Under the pieces are notes generated by a model, which was given only the letters and a program-made list of their open reading frames with translations, made no database searches and had not been told where the DNA came from. Position numbers and translations under genes: made by a program. Source: a virus (taxonomy: Duplodnaviria; Caudoviricetes). Taken from it: a stretch of DNA of 61,393 nt. The stretch covers positions 1 through 61,393 of IMG/VR virus record IMGVR_UViG_3300044846_002156; one strand, given 5' to 3'. Positions 1 to 10,591 of this stretch are shown one piece after another (position 1 is the first letter of the stretch; each line of letters begins with the position of its first letter).

Positions 1-127
1 TTGGAATAAACAACATTACTACTTTAAGTGGTGGTACTTTAAATTGTGGTGTACAGTTTAATTCTACTTTTGGTGGTGGTTTACTTTATTCACAAGGTAC
101 TGCAATCCAATTTATAGGAAACTATAC
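1..127. repeat. Terminal direct repeat (copy 1), most likely assembly circularisation overlap
   Basis: Identical to 61267..61393; 127 nt is a common assembler k-mer length; an ORF reads through the junction. Confidence 0.95.
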
Positions 128-2585
128 CCAAGCGGCAGGTAGTACGTTTAACTTACGTGGTGCGACTATGCACTCAACAAAATCAACGCAAGCGGTTCAC
201 GAATTTAACGGAACTACTTTTGTTAGAAGTGGGTATTGGTTAGGGCAACCTGGAAACAATAGCAGATTAAGATTAAACGTAGCCACTTTTGATGTAGATG
301 GATTCTATGTTTATGGTGTTCAAGCCGACACGCTGATGACACCAACTGCTGGCACAATCATCAAAAATTACAAAGCTGTAAACGTAGGAGTTGGAATTGA
401 CAATGCCTTAGCAGGCGGTGGTGGACTTTCTACAGAATTTGTTTTTGATGGTGTACCTTCTACTATTGGAAATGTAAGCACAGGATATTCAAATTGGGTA
501 GGGCAAAATAACCTTGTATTTCTTAATTGTGAAGCTGGTTCACTTGAAATGGTTATGCCTGATAACTGCGGAAATTTTACAACTTCGGGTTTTGGTGGTA
601 GACTATATCAAAAATACCAAATATCAGTACAAAATACTTCTAGTGTAGCTATTCAAGGTGCAATTACATACTTAAAAGATACTAATAATGGATTTCGTAA
701 AGTTAAGAATGTAAGAAATGCTACGCCAATAGATAATATGGCAGACCAAATTCAAATACTAACAACTAATGCAAGTGGTTTAACACCTGTTACAAATGTA
801 TTAACAAGCTATATTTATCGAAATAATACAGTAGCTGATATTGGGCAACCTGATGGAAACGAAATTCGTGATTTAAGAGGTAAAATAAACACAGCAGGTT
901 CTGATTTGTTTGATGTAACTGTTTTTGAATACAATTATCAAATAACAAATATTTTTGATATTCCAATGAAAGGTTTATCAAATGTGGTTTCAGGAACTAA
1001 AATGTTAGCTGATACAAATGTAACATTAAGCAAAACCAATGCAGTTGCAAAATTAGCTTCAAGTTTTACAATAGATACAGCATCAAAAACAATAGTTGTA
1101 AGAGCCAATAGCACTTATGATGATTTATACGATGTGGTAAAAGCATTTAAATGTAATGCTACACAAGCAAACCTTGAAACACCAACTTTAAATAGTTTAA
1201 TTGTAAATGCTAACGGGTCTACTTTAACAGCTTATACAGGTTGGACTTTAGTTGTAAATACTGGTGTAACACTTACAACGGGTAGTGGAAACTTTACTAA
1301 ATTACAAGCACAAAACATTGTAATAGTAAACTCCGCTACAATGCCTTATTTATTTAATGCAGGTGGTGTATTACAAGCGACAGGATTTTTAGTACCGAGT
1401 ACGGTTTTAGGAGTACAAGATACTTATAGCGGAGCAGGAGCTATAACTGGTGTATATCAAGACAGCACAGGAACATCAACGGTATTACAACTTACAACGG
1501 TTGTAGATGGTTATTCATTATGTGTTTACAAGTCAGATGGAACTACTAAATATTTTGCTAGTAATGTTGCCACAGGAACTTATACTGTATATTTTAAACC
1601 AGATGAAGCTGGCAGTTATTTATTTGCAGCAGAAAGATATGGTGATAAAAGAATATCAGACACAATAGGTATAGCTGGCGGTATAGTTGGCTCTACATTA
1701 GTAAACCAAGAAGATGTAGGTATTGCTGTAACTAACAAAGCAACAGTAGCAGCTTACACTACAATAGATAATTATGATGAGTTTTATGACTATACGGCTT
1801 ACAAAAGGCTAGAAGAAACTTATATTAAGTTAGGTCAAATAGCTACAAGGGATGGTTTAAGCTTGAATATATCAGCTCCTTATAGTGTTAAGGTTAATCA
1901 ATCTGCTTCTTCTGTTTACAACTTAGCTAGTAATATATTTACCATAAAGACAAATACGTTTGCTAACGGAGTTAAGTTTACTAATATGATATTAGTACCA
2001 CCTGCAACGTTATCGCCAACTACTAATGAATTACTAACTGGTAACTGGGAAGATGCTAACGGAGATAGCTCTATTGATATTCTAGGTGCGCTTGCGCCAT
2101 TCTCAATTTATAAGTTTCCTATTACAACTCCATTTCCTTCTGGTTCTACGGATAACAGATTAGACCCTGCATTTTTAATAGCAACTATAACAGATAGAAG
2201 ATATAGATTTATTAATGACCCTGCGTATAACTACTTCGTGTGGTCTGCGTCTAAAAAATCTGGGGATAACATTCCTAATATATCAGAAGGTCAAACAGCA
2301 TTTGTATCTATGACTAAAGGAGCTTATACAGCATATTGTTTCCAAGGAGCAGAAATACAACTTGTACAAGCACCAAAAGTAGATTTGATTTACAATGATA
2401 TTCAGTCTGTTTTATTAGATACAGATGCTATTAAAGGAACAGGATTTACAAAAGATGTTAATTCATTAACAAACATAACAGAGGCTATTGAAACACAAGG
2501 AACTGATTTAACAGCAGATTTAACAATCATAAATAACGGAGTTAAGAAGGCTTCAATTTTTGTACCACACAACACTAGCTTATAA
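3..2585 (+). CDS. C-terminal part of the wrap-around ~988 aa tail fibre/receptor-binding-like protein
   Basis: Open frame from position 3; Thr/Asn/Gly-rich beta-type composition; lies among fibre genes. Confidence 0.7.
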   Translation, partial: GINNITTLSGGTLNCGVQFNSTFGGGLLYSQGTAIQFIGNYTQAAGSTFNLRGATMHSTKSTQAVHEFNGTTFVRSGYWLGQPGNNSRLRLNVATFDVDGFYVYGVQADTLMTPTAGTIIKNYKAVNVGVGIDNALAGGGGLSTEFVFDGVPSTIGNVSTGYSNWVGQNNLVFLNCEAGSLEMVMPDNCGNFTTSGFGGRLYQKYQISVQNTSSVAIQGAITYLKDTNNGFRKVKNVRNATPIDNMADQIQILTTNASGLTPVTNVLTSYIYRNNTVADIGQPDGNEIRDLRGKINTAGSDLFDVTVFEYNYQITNIFDIPMKGLSNVVSGTKMLADTNVTLSKTNAVAKLASSFTIDTASKTIVVRANSTYDDLYDVVKAFKCNATQANLETPTLNSLIVNANGSTLTAYTGWTLVVNTGVTLTTGSGNFTKLQAQNIVIVNSATMPYLFNAGGVLQATGFLVPSTVLGVQDTYSGAGAITGVYQDSTGTSTVLQLTTVVDGYSLCVYKSDGTTKYFASNVATGTYTVYFKPDEAGSYLFAAERYGDKRISDTIGIAGGIVGSTLVNQEDVGIAVTNKATVAAYTTIDNYDEFYDYTAYKRLEETYIKLGQIATRDGLSLNISAPYSVKVNQSASSVYNLASNIFTIKTNTFANGVKFTNMILVPPATLSPTTNELLTGNWEDANGDSSIDILGALAPFSIYKFPITTPFPSGSTDNRLDPAFLIATITDRRYRFINDPAYNYFVWSASKKSGDNIPNISEGQTAFVSMTKGAYTAYCFQGAEIQLVQAPKVDLIYNDIQSVLLDTDAIKGTGFTKDVNSLTNITEAIETQGTDLTADLTIINNGVKKASIFVPHNTSL

Positions 2586-5500
2586 TGGGAAAAACGAAAA
2601 AAACAGGAGATTTAGTAAACGTAGTAGTAACAGACGCTTCTAACAACGTAACGCTACCAAAGGCACTAACCATTGGAGAGCAACCGTTATTAACAGATGA
2701 TAGTTTGAAAGCTGCTAATACAGCGTGGGTAAACACTAAACTTGCAGGTAAGTTTGATAACCCTACTGGAGATACTACACAATATATTGCAGGAGATGGC
2801 TCTTTAATTACTTTCCCAACAGTAGGGGAAGCAGGAACATTAATAAGGCAAGTTAGGAATATTACTGGTGCTACCTTAACTAAAGGGACTGTTGTTTATA
2901 TTAATGGAGCTACTGGTAATAAGCCTACTGTAACTAAAGCAATAGCTACTGGAGATAGTACATCTGCTCAAACATTTGGTTTAATACAAGCTAATATAGC
3001 TAATAATGCTGTTGGTTATGTAGTTTGTGTGGGAGATATTATTGGATTAGATACAAGTTCTTTTACAGAGGGTGAGCAATTATACTTGTCATCTACTGTT
3101 GCTGGAACTTATACTTCTGTTAAACAATTAGCACCTGCTCACCTAGTTTATATAGGTATAATAACACGCTCACACCCAACTTTAGGGCAGATAGAAGTAA
3201 AGATACAGAACGGATATGAATTAGATGAAATACACGATGTAGCTATAAGTTCTAAATTAAATAATCAATTTTTAGTTTATGAAAGTGCATCTGACTTATG
3301 GAAGAATAAAAGCCTAGGAACTATTGTAGGCGGTACATCAAGTCAGTTTATTAAGGGAGATGGTAGCTTAGATAGTAATAGTTATGCTTTAGTATCACAA
3401 CTACACAACCCTGTAACACTAGGAACAGCTAATGGTCTTTCGTTAAGCACACAAGTATTATCATTAGGACTAGCAAGTGGGGCAGCTAACGGAGCTTTAA
3501 GTTCAACAGACTGGACTACATTTAATAATAAGCAAAATGCTTTAACATTAACTGTTACTGGTAATAGTGGAGCAGCTACTTTAGTAGGCTCTACACTAAA
3601 CATACCTACTTATACACTAGCAGGACTAGGAGGACAGACAGCCTTAAATGGAACAGGTTTTGTTAAGGTGAGCGGTACTACTGTAAGCTATGACAACTCT
3701 ACCTACCTAACTACAATTAGTGGAATAACAGCAGGGGGTGAGTTAGCTGGAACATACCCTAATCCTACCTTAGTAAATAGTGCTGTTATAGGTAAGCTAT
3801 TGAGTGGTGTAAACATTACTGGCGGCACTATATTAGCAACAGACAGTATATTAACAGCTTTTGGTAAGTTACAAAATCAAATCAACGGACTTATAGGTAG
3901 TACTATCTATCAAGGAACTTGGAACGCAAATACTAACACACCTACTTTAGCTAGTAGTGTAGGAGTAAAAGGACAGTACTATATTGTTAGTGTTGCTGGA
4001 ACTACAAACCTAAACGGAATTAATGATTGGCAGTTAGGTGATTGGGCTATTTATGACGGTGCTGCTTGGCAGAAAGTAGACAATACAGATAGCGTTGTTT
4101 CTGTTAATGGATTTACTGGTGCTGTAAGTTTAACTACAAGCAATATAAACGAGGGTACTAACCTTTACTTTACTAACGCTAGAGCTATTGCAAGTGCGCT
4201 TACTGGATATACAAGCGGTACTGGAACTATAACAGCAACAGACACTATATTACAAGCTATACAAAAGCTCAACGGAAACATAGGTGCGCTCACCACTACA
4301 AATGTTACGGAGGGTACAAGGCTGTATTTTACAGACGCTAGAGCAAGAGCTGCTGTAAGTGCTGGCACAGGTATTTCTTATAACAGTACAAGTGGCGTTA
4401 TAAGCTCTACAATAACACAATACACAGACGCTTTAGCTAGAGCCGCTATTAGCCTAACGGTAACAGGAAACAATGGGGCATCTACTTACAGTAGCACAAC
4501 TGGTATTTTAAACGTGCCTACTTACACGCTTGCTGGTTTAGGTGGACAAGCTGCATTAAGTGGTACAGGCTTTGTAAAGATTAGTGGAACTACTATTAGT
4601 TACGACAACTCTACTTATTACTTGGCATCAAACCCAAGTGGATATACAACTAATGTAGGCACAGTTACAAGCATAGGCTTAACATCAGCCACAAGCGGTG
4701 TTACTATTGGTTCAAGTCCAATTACAACAAGTGGTAACATTACTTTAGCTATTGTAACAGCAAGCGGAACACAACAAGGCTTATTATCAAGCACAGATTG
4801 GACTACATTTAACAATAAACAAAACGCCCTAACTAACCCAATTACAGGAACAGGAACAACAAACTATCTACCTAAATTTACAGGAGCAAGTACATTAGGA
4901 AATAGTATTATTTTTGAAAGTGGAAATAGCATTGGTATAGGAACTAATGCACCAACTTCATATACAAATTATAGTTTATTAGAAATAAACAATACGACAG
5001 GCGGTGGATTACGATTAAAAAATTCAGCAGCAACAGCACAATTTGAAGTTATAGCAAATAGTTCAGAAACCTACATTAAAAACGTAAACAATATACCATT
5101 ATGGTTTGGAACTAATAATACAGAAGCTCTCCGAATATTAGCCAATGGCAATGTAGGTATAGGAACAAATACACCAAGTTCAATATTACATATTGTAAAA
5201 GGAGGAGGCGCAAAAATTAATTTTGGAGATTCAAAAAATACTGTTACAATTGGATCTGTTGAAGAAACATACGATTCTGCTATTGGGTTTTTTACACAAA
5301 CAACTACGGAACGTATGCGTATCACTTCATCAGGCAATGTAGGTATCGGAACTACTTCGCCGAGTTACATTTTACAAACTAAAGCATCAAGTGGTTTTGT
5401 AGGAGCTGCATTTAGTAGTTCTTATGCTTCTACTGCAATAATAGGAACTGATAATAATGCAGTATGGTTTGGTCAAGGAAGTAATGGTTTGGGTGTTGCT

Positions 5501-6085
5501 TATGTAGCAAATAATACAAGTGGATTTGCGCAAATAGAGGTTGGTGGTTCTCCAAGATTTTATATTAACAGTTCAGGCAATGTAGGTATCGGAACAACAA
5601 GTCCGAGTGCTAGGTTATCGGTTATTGCACCATTTGGAGGCTCAACCCCAGCTGCCTATATAGAAGAAGGGGAATATAATCAAGTTACACTAAGAATTAA
5701 GAATACTAATGGAAGTGCAAGCGCAAATATATTTGAAGTAGCAAATTCAAGTACAAATGTATTTACAGTTAGTCCATCTGGTAATGGAGTTTTTAGTGGT
5801 TCAGTTACGGCTTCATCATTTTTCGCAAGTTCAGATATAACACTTAAAAACATAGTTAAAACAAATTACAATCCAATAGGAATTGAAGCTATAAGTTACA
5901 AATGGAAAGACCAAAGTAAAGGCTTAGGGATTAAGGTTGGTTACTCTGCTCAACAAGTGCAAGAATTTATGCCAGATGCAGTATCAACAGACGTAAATGG
6001 TAAGTTATCTGTTAATTATATAGATGTGCTTGTAGCTAAAGTGGCTGCATTAGAGGCTAGAGTTAAACAATTAGAATTAAACTAA
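2585..6085 (+). CDS. Long tail fibre with C-terminal intramolecular chaperone (Peptidase S74-like)
   Basis: GNVGIGT.sP repeats, STDWTTFNNKQ x2, EGT.LYFT.ARA repeats, C-terminal SSDITLK...GYSAQQV..PDAV..VNY plus coiled coil. Confidence 0.88.
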   Translation: MGKTKKTGDLVNVVVTDASNNVTLPKALTIGEQPLLTDDSLKAANTAWVNTKLAGKFDNPTGDTTQYIAGDGSLITFPTVGEAGTLIRQVRNITGATLTKGTVVYINGATGNKPTVTKAIATGDSTSAQTFGLIQANIANNAVGYVVCVGDIIGLDTSSFTEGEQLYLSSTVAGTYTSVKQLAPAHLVYIGIITRSHPTLGQIEVKIQNGYELDEIHDVAISSKLNNQFLVYESASDLWKNKSLGTIVGGTSSQFIKGDGSLDSNSYALVSQLHNPVTLGTANGLSLSTQVLSLGLASGAANGALSSTDWTTFNNKQNALTLTVTGNSGAATLVGSTLNIPTYTLAGLGGQTALNGTGFVKVSGTTVSYDNSTYLTTISGITAGGELAGTYPNPTLVNSAVIGKLLSGVNITGGTILATDSILTAFGKLQNQINGLIGSTIYQGTWNANTNTPTLASSVGVKGQYYIVSVAGTTNLNGINDWQLGDWAIYDGAAWQKVDNTDSVVSVNGFTGAVSLTTSNINEGTNLYFTNARAIASALTGYTSGTGTITATDTILQAIQKLNGNIGALTTTNVTEGTRLYFTDARARAAVSAGTGISYNSTSGVISSTITQYTDALARAAISLTVTGNNGASTYSSTTGILNVPTYTLAGLGGQAALSGTGFVKISGTTISYDNSTYYLASNPSGYTTNVGTVTSIGLTSATSGVTIGSSPITTSGNITLAIVTASGTQQGLLSSTDWTTFNNKQNALTNPITGTGTTNYLPKFTGASTLGNSIIFESGNSIGIGTNAPTSYTNYSLLEINNTTGGGLRLKNSAATAQFEVIANSSETYIKNVNNIPLWFGTNNTEALRILANGNVGIGTNTPSSILHIVKGGGAKINFGDSKNTVTIGSVEETYDSAIGFFTQTTTERMRITSSGNVGIGTTSPSYILQTKASSGFVGAAFSSSYASTAIIGTDNNAVWFGQGSNGLGVAYVANNTSGFAQIEVGGSPRFYINSSGNVGIGTTSPSARLSVIAPFGGSTPAAYIEEGEYNQVTLRIKNTNGSASANIFEVANSSTNVFTVSPSGNGVFSGSVTASSFFASSDITLKNIVKTNYNPIGIEAISYKWKDQSKGLGIKVGYSAQQVQEFMPDAVSTDVNGKLSVNYIDVLVAKVAALEARVKQLELN

Positions 6086-6086
6086 A

Positions 6087-6809
6087 ATGGCATTTGTAGA
6101 TTTAGCATCAAATGAAATGGTTACGTTTACTAACGCAGCAACAGGTGGTTTTACGCTTAATGCGGGGCAAAGTAACGTTACATCAAATGAGTGTATGACT
6201 AAAACACAGGCATTAACTAAGTATAACCTAAGCTCAAGTGCTATGAGTGCTTATGCAAGCAATCAGTTAGTGCCTAAAAGTACTTGGGTTAATGGTATTA
6301 CTTATTATGATTTTTGTACACAATTTGCTAGCCAATCTACATCAAGCGCATCCTGCTCTACCGCTTTAGGCGATTACCCACTACAAACGACAAATAGTAG
6401 CGGTATAGTTAATGTTGGAGATATAGTGTACATAGCCGCAGACACTCCTTATCCAGCCACAGGTATTTACGGCAAGTACATAAGCTACAACGAGGGGTCA
6501 GTAAGAAAAGTATTAGAAATATCAACAAGTGGTTCTGGTGCTATTATTTCTAAAGCTAATTGTAGTAGTGGACCAACTTATGATTTATATAACGCAGACA
6601 TATACGATTGTACTTCATATACCTCAATAGGTACGGAAGTAGTTGCTTTCCCAACTGGAACTTCTGTTAGTTACTCATTATATTATGTAAATTCAGTAAC
6701 AGCAGGTGTGGTAGCTTATAAAGTAACATCAACCTCAACAACTGGACCAGGTACAGTTTTAGAAACCACAGGTTACACAACACTTGTAATAGCTTGTAGT
6801 TTTGTTTAA
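6087..6809 (+). CDS. Tail fibre-associated protein
   Basis: Directly follows fibre gene; Ser/Thr/Tyr-rich. Confidence 0.55.
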   Translation: MAFVDLASNEMVTFTNAATGGFTLNAGQSNVTSNECMTKTQALTKYNLSSSAMSAYASNQLVPKSTWVNGITYYDFCTQFASQSTSSASCSTALGDYPLQTTNSSGIVNVGDIVYIAADTPYPATGIYGKYISYNEGSVRKVLEISTSGSGAIISKANCSSGPTYDLYNADIYDCTSYTSIGTEVVAFPTGTSVSYSLYYVNSVTAGVVAYKVTSTSTTGPGTVLETTGYTTLVIACSFV

Positions 6810-6861
6810 CTTGCAATTTTAAATTATATTACTTATATTTGTGTTATAAATATATTTAAAA

Positions 6862-7197
6862 ATGAAAGAATTAGAATTAAAAGTAACAAAAGAGGTTATA
6901 TCTGGACAAGATATTTACCTTACAACTTATGGTTTATTAAAGTCTGTTATTGATAACCCACCTAAAGATGGGTTTACAGTAGACGAAATGATTAAAAGAC
7001 TTAGGCTGTCAAACGGACTTGCAGAGTTTAAAGACAAGTTTGATGTTAAAGAATTTACTGATGAGCATTTGAGCTTAAAAGATAAATTTAAGGTTGAGGA
7101 TGCAGACTTTGTTAAACTAAAAGAATTATTTAATGATATGAAGTGGGGTTTACCTTCTACGACAATTATTGAATTAAGCAAAAAATTAAATAAATAA
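6862..7197 (+). CDS. Hypothetical protein, possible fibre assembly chaperone
   Basis: Own promoter (TTG-N20-TATATTTG 6811..6841) and downstream terminator; position after fibres. Confidence 0.45.
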   Translation: MKELELKVTKEVISGQDIYLTTYGLLKSVIDNPPKDGFTVDEMIKRLRLSNGLAEFKDKFDVKEFTDEHLSLKDKFKVEDADFVKLKELFNDMKWGLPSTTIIELSKKLNK

Positions 7198-7221
7198 TAA
7201 TTAAATTTTCGTTTTGTTTAG

Positions 7222-7252
7222 ACGCTTATACTATTTTGTATAGGCGTTTTTT
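7222..7252 (+). terminator. Intrinsic terminator
   Basis: ACGCTTATAC/GTATAGGCGT hairpin plus T-run. Confidence 0.75.
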
Positions 7253-7307
7253 GTTTAAAAACATTTGATATTTTTATTTATATTTGTAACCATATACTAA
7301 ATATGAA

Positions 7308-7595
7308 ATGACAACAGACTTCTTACTTCAATCAGCTTTATTAGTAGTTTCTAATACTGTTACAGCAATTATTACACATTTTTCTTCTAGGAAGAAACAA
7401 TCGGCAGAGGAAAATGAATTAATAGCTAAAAGTTATACAACTTTGGTTAAAGATTTACAGATGCAAATAGAGAGTATGAAGAAAGAGCTTGTGGAGCTTA
7501 GGGGCGAGATATTAGGTATGAGATTGAGAGAGGCAGAGATGAGTTTGAAGATTAGAAATTTAGAACACGAGAATAAATTGTTAAAAAAAATATAA
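7308..7595 (+). CDS. Putative holin-like membrane protein
   Basis: N-terminal hydrophobic helix plus coiled coil. Confidence 0.45.
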   Translation: MTTDFLLQSALLVVSNTVTAIITHFSSRKKQSAEENELIAKSYTTLVKDLQMQIESMKKELVELRGEILGMRLREAEMSLKIRNLEHENKLLKKI

Positions 7596-7646
7596 TTAAT
7601 TTGTATAATTAATATAATATGTATATATTAGCTGAAATTTTAGCTA

Positions 7647-8261
7647 ATGAAACAACAATATTACCTACTACTTATAGGTTTATTTTTAATAACTATAAAC
7701 TACTACACTTGCTCTCACTATAAGAATAAGTACCAAGAGCAAACTAATGCAATAAAGGCTTATCAAGATACGATTAAGCGTATTAAAACAACAGACGGAA
7801 AGAATGGTGTACAGACTTCTGTCATTGTAAGCTCACCTAGTGCTATACCTAAAACAAGTATAGTATATAAACTAATTAAACAAGGAGCTACCTCTGGAAC
7901 TGTTATACAACAAGTAACTAAATACGATACGGTTACTCTAGTAAAGATAGATACAATAAAAAACAAACCTTATTTTTCTGATACAACAACTAACAAATGG
8001 CTTACTTTAAGGGTAACGCTAAATAATGATAGTTTAAGCAAGTCTGTTGAACTTAGAGATAGTATAAGTGTTTCATTCAAGAAAGTTAGAAGTGGCTTCC
8101 TAAAGCCTAAAAAGTATGTTGTAGAGGTTACTAATGCTAACCCCTATGTAAAGATTAATAACGTACAATCTTTTGAAGTTCCGCAAAAGAAAACAGACTT
8201 TAAGTTTTGGACTGGAGTTGCGGTAGGTGCTGTTGGTGGTTACTTATTGTTTAAGAAATAA
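7647..8261 (+). CDS. Membrane protein, spanin-like lysis accessory candidate
   Basis: N-terminal anchor, short coiled coil, C-terminal hydrophobic FWTGVAVGAVGGYLLF. Confidence 0.45.
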   Translation: MKQQYYLLLIGLFLITINYYTCSHYKNKYQEQTNAIKAYQDTIKRIKTTDGKNGVQTSVIVSSPSAIPKTSIVYKLIKQGATSGTVIQQVTKYDTVTLVKIDTIKNKPYFSDTTTNKWLTLRVTLNNDSLSKSVELRDSISVSFKKVRSGFLKPKKYVVEVTNANPYVKINNVQSFEVPQKKTDFKFWTGVAVGAVGGYLLFKK

Positions 8262-8262
8262 T

Positions 8263-8667
8263 ATGGCTAGAAAGAAAGTGTCTGTTGCTAAGAAGTTAGG
8301 ATTTAGGTCTGGCTTAGAGCATATCATATACAAGCAGATAGAGGATAGAGGAATTGCTCCCCAATACGAGAGCTTTAAGATAAGCTATGTAATACCACAG
8401 ACTAGCCACACCTACCTACCAGATTTTAAGCTCCCCAACGGAATAATAATAGAGAGTAAGGGTAGGTTTCTATTAGACGACAGAAAGAAGCATTTATACA
8501 TTAAGAAGCAACACCCACAATTAGATATAAGGTTTGTGTTTAGCAACAGCAAAACTAAGATTAGTAAAGGCTCTAAGACAAACTATGCGGACTGGTGTAA
8601 TAAAAATGGGTTCATGTATTCGGATAAATTAATACCTAAAGAATGGTTTAATGAAACAGCAAGATAA
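8263..8667 (+). CDS. T7 endonuclease I-like Holliday junction resolvase
   Basis: GFRSGLE, YLPDF.LPNGIIIESKGRF, LDIRFVFSNS motifs; ATG at 8263 preferred over GTG at 8227. Confidence 0.92.
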   Translation: MARKKVSVAKKLGFRSGLEHIIYKQIEDRGIAPQYESFKISYVIPQTSHTYLPDFKLPNGIIIESKGRFLLDDRKKHLYIKKQHPQLDIRFVFSNSKTKISKGSKTNYADWCNKNGFMYSDKLIPKEWFNETAR

Positions 8668-8836
8668 CACCGAGCTAGGCACTACATACGTTGATGAAGA
8701 TGGTTGCTTTAAACACCCTTTATTTGAGCAGTATGGTGTTAGTGGTATATTTCAATGGGAGAATAATTTAGAGTTCTTTGCAGATATACTTTTAGATGAT
8801 GAGGATGATGATGAAGATTATTATGATGAATATTAA
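8651..8836 (+). CDS. Small acidic hypothetical protein
   Basis: Overlaps upstream stop; D/E-rich tail. Confidence 0.55.
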   Translation: MKQQDNTELGTTYVDEDGCFKHPLFEQYGVSGIFQWENNLEFFADILLDDEDDDEDYYDEY

Positions 8837-8862
8837 ACAAAATGTAAATTAAAATATTAGTT

Positions 8863-10458
8863 ATGTTAAAAAAATGGAATGAATACTATGCAGATGAAAA
8901 TAAAAATTGTGTTTTATCCCTAGTAGAACAAGGCTACCAAACAACTACTGCTGTTCAATTAATGTGTGATAAATATGGTTTACCATACAAATCAACAGTA
9001 GAAAGGGTTTACAGAAGAAAGGTAAACAAACTAGGATTAAGTACGGTTGCTACTGGAATGGAAAATGCTGATGAGTTTAAAAAAGCTAAAGAGAAGGTAT
9101 TTAACTCTAAGAAGAAAAGATTTATTATTAGTTGGTGTCAGTCTGATACAGATATACATGAAGATTTTTTTACTAATATCGAAGCGTATGCTCAACATAT
9201 AAACGCTGACATACATATTATTGCAGGTAGATATAAGAACCCCAATTCATTAGAGGCATCAAAACAGCAAGAAAGTAAAGAAAAGAATAAAAACTATTGG
9301 CACAAAAGAGTGATACCATACTTAGATGCTAACAGACAAAACCTACACGAACTGCTTTGCGTGTTAAGCGATGTTAAGGTACAACCAACAGCATCAACTC
9401 CTTTAAGTGGGTTAAATAGCATTACCGCTTTAGAAAGTTGTATTGTGGGACATCCTAGAGTACACCTTAAATCTCTTGCGGTATTAAATGGTTATCCAAA
9501 TAAATTACTTCTTACAACTGGTGCTGTTTCAGCTCCTAATTATACCGACACAAAAATAGGTGTTAAAAGTGATTTTCACCACACATACGGATTTGTAATT
9601 GTTGAGCTTGATGATGATGTATTTCACGTAAGGCAGGTTCAATGCTCTGACGATGGAAGTTTCTATGATTTGAATACTTTTGTTGATAATGGTAAATGTG
9701 AAAGCAAAGTTAAAGAGAAATATCCTGCAATTATATTTGGTGATTTGCATTACGGCGAACATAGCGAAGTATCTTTGAAGGCTTCAATTAAAATGGCTGT
9801 TGATTTTGATGTAGATAATATTGTTTTGCACGATATTTTTAATGGGAAATCATTATCGCACCACGAACTTAACAATCCATTTTTACAAATGGAGAATGAA
9901 TTAACTGGGAAAGGTGATTTAGAAGCAGAGATACAAAGCGTTGTTAAATTTGTAAATGATAATAACGATTTTAATTTTATTGTTGTAAGCGCAAATCATA
10001 ACGATTTTGCTGATAGGTGGCTATGCAGTACCGATTGGAGGAAAGCCCCAAATAGGAGGGCATATTTAAAATATGCGAATATTGTAGCCGATGGATTAGC
10101 ACCTAAAGGGATTGTAGCTTATGTGTTAGAAAATGAAACTTATAACTGTGAATGTTTAGGAGTAAACGATAGTTATAGATTATTAGATTGGGAGCTTGCA
10201 ATGCACGGACACATAGGTACAAACGGAAGCAGGGGAAGTGTGGCGCAATTTAAAAACTTAAATACTAAAACAATTACAGGACATAGCCATACGCCAGCGA
10301 GAGAAGATGGTAGCGTTGTAGTTGGTACGCTAACTAATTTAAGATTAGGTTATAACAATGGCGCAAGCAGTTGGATGCACAGCAACGCTATAATGTACCC
10401 AAATGGCAAAGTATCACAATTAAATATAATTAAGGGTAGATATACTACATTACGTTAA
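8863..10458 (+). CDS. T5 A1-like metallophosphoesterase/nuclease
   Basis: YKNP, QPTA.PLSG, HPR.HLKSL, LLTTG, NYTDTK.G.K..FHH; calcineurin-like GDLH, HD, NHN, HGH, GHSH motifs. Confidence 0.75.
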   Translation: MLKKWNEYYADENKNCVLSLVEQGYQTTTAVQLMCDKYGLPYKSTVERVYRRKVNKLGLSTVATGMENADEFKKAKEKVFNSKKKRFIISWCQSDTDIHEDFFTNIEAYAQHINADIHIIAGRYKNPNSLEASKQQESKEKNKNYWHKRVIPYLDANRQNLHELLCVLSDVKVQPTASTPLSGLNSITALESCIVGHPRVHLKSLAVLNGYPNKLLLTTGAVSAPNYTDTKIGVKSDFHHTYGFVIVELDDDVFHVRQVQCSDDGSFYDLNTFVDNGKCESKVKEKYPAIIFGDLHYGEHSEVSLKASIKMAVDFDVDNIVLHDIFNGKSLSHHELNNPFLQMENELTGKGDLEAEIQSVVKFVNDNNDFNFIVVSANHNDFADRWLCSTDWRKAPNRRAYLKYANIVADGLAPKGIVAYVLENETYNCECLGVNDSYRLLDWELAMHGHIGTNGSRGSVAQFKNLNTKTITGHSHTPAREDGSVVVGTLTNLRLGYNNGASSWMHSNAIMYPNGKVSQLNIIKGRYTTLR

Positions 10459-10544
10459 TTTAAAATCATTCTAAATTGAAAATAAATTTGGCTTATTAAA
10501 AAACAATATATACCTTTACCAACGTAATGATATTGATGATGTGT

Positions 10545-10577
10545 GGGGAGCTTGTGGTGTTGACTTGCTCCCCTTTT
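10545..10577 (+). terminator. GC-rich hairpin/terminator in the leader of the replication operon
   Basis: GGGGAGC...GCTCCCC plus TTTT, downstream of TTTG-N20-TACCTTTA promoter. Confidence 0.55.
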
Positions 10578-10591
10578 AATTTAAAAAAAAT

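Noticed and set aside
1-127. 127 bp terminal repeat as a biological DTR
   Set aside because: Length equals a common assembler k-mer and it falls inside a continuous ORF; better explained as circularisation overlap
3460-5600. Repeats in the tail fibre as DGR template/variable regions or a CRISPR array
   Set aside because: They are in-frame protein modules with synonymous divergence, not adenine-specific; no reverse transcriptase or cas gene, no regular spacers
10511-10577. Third attenuator switch in the replication operon leader
   Set aside because: Hairpin is clear, but complementarity between the 5' end and the loop is too short to support the claim
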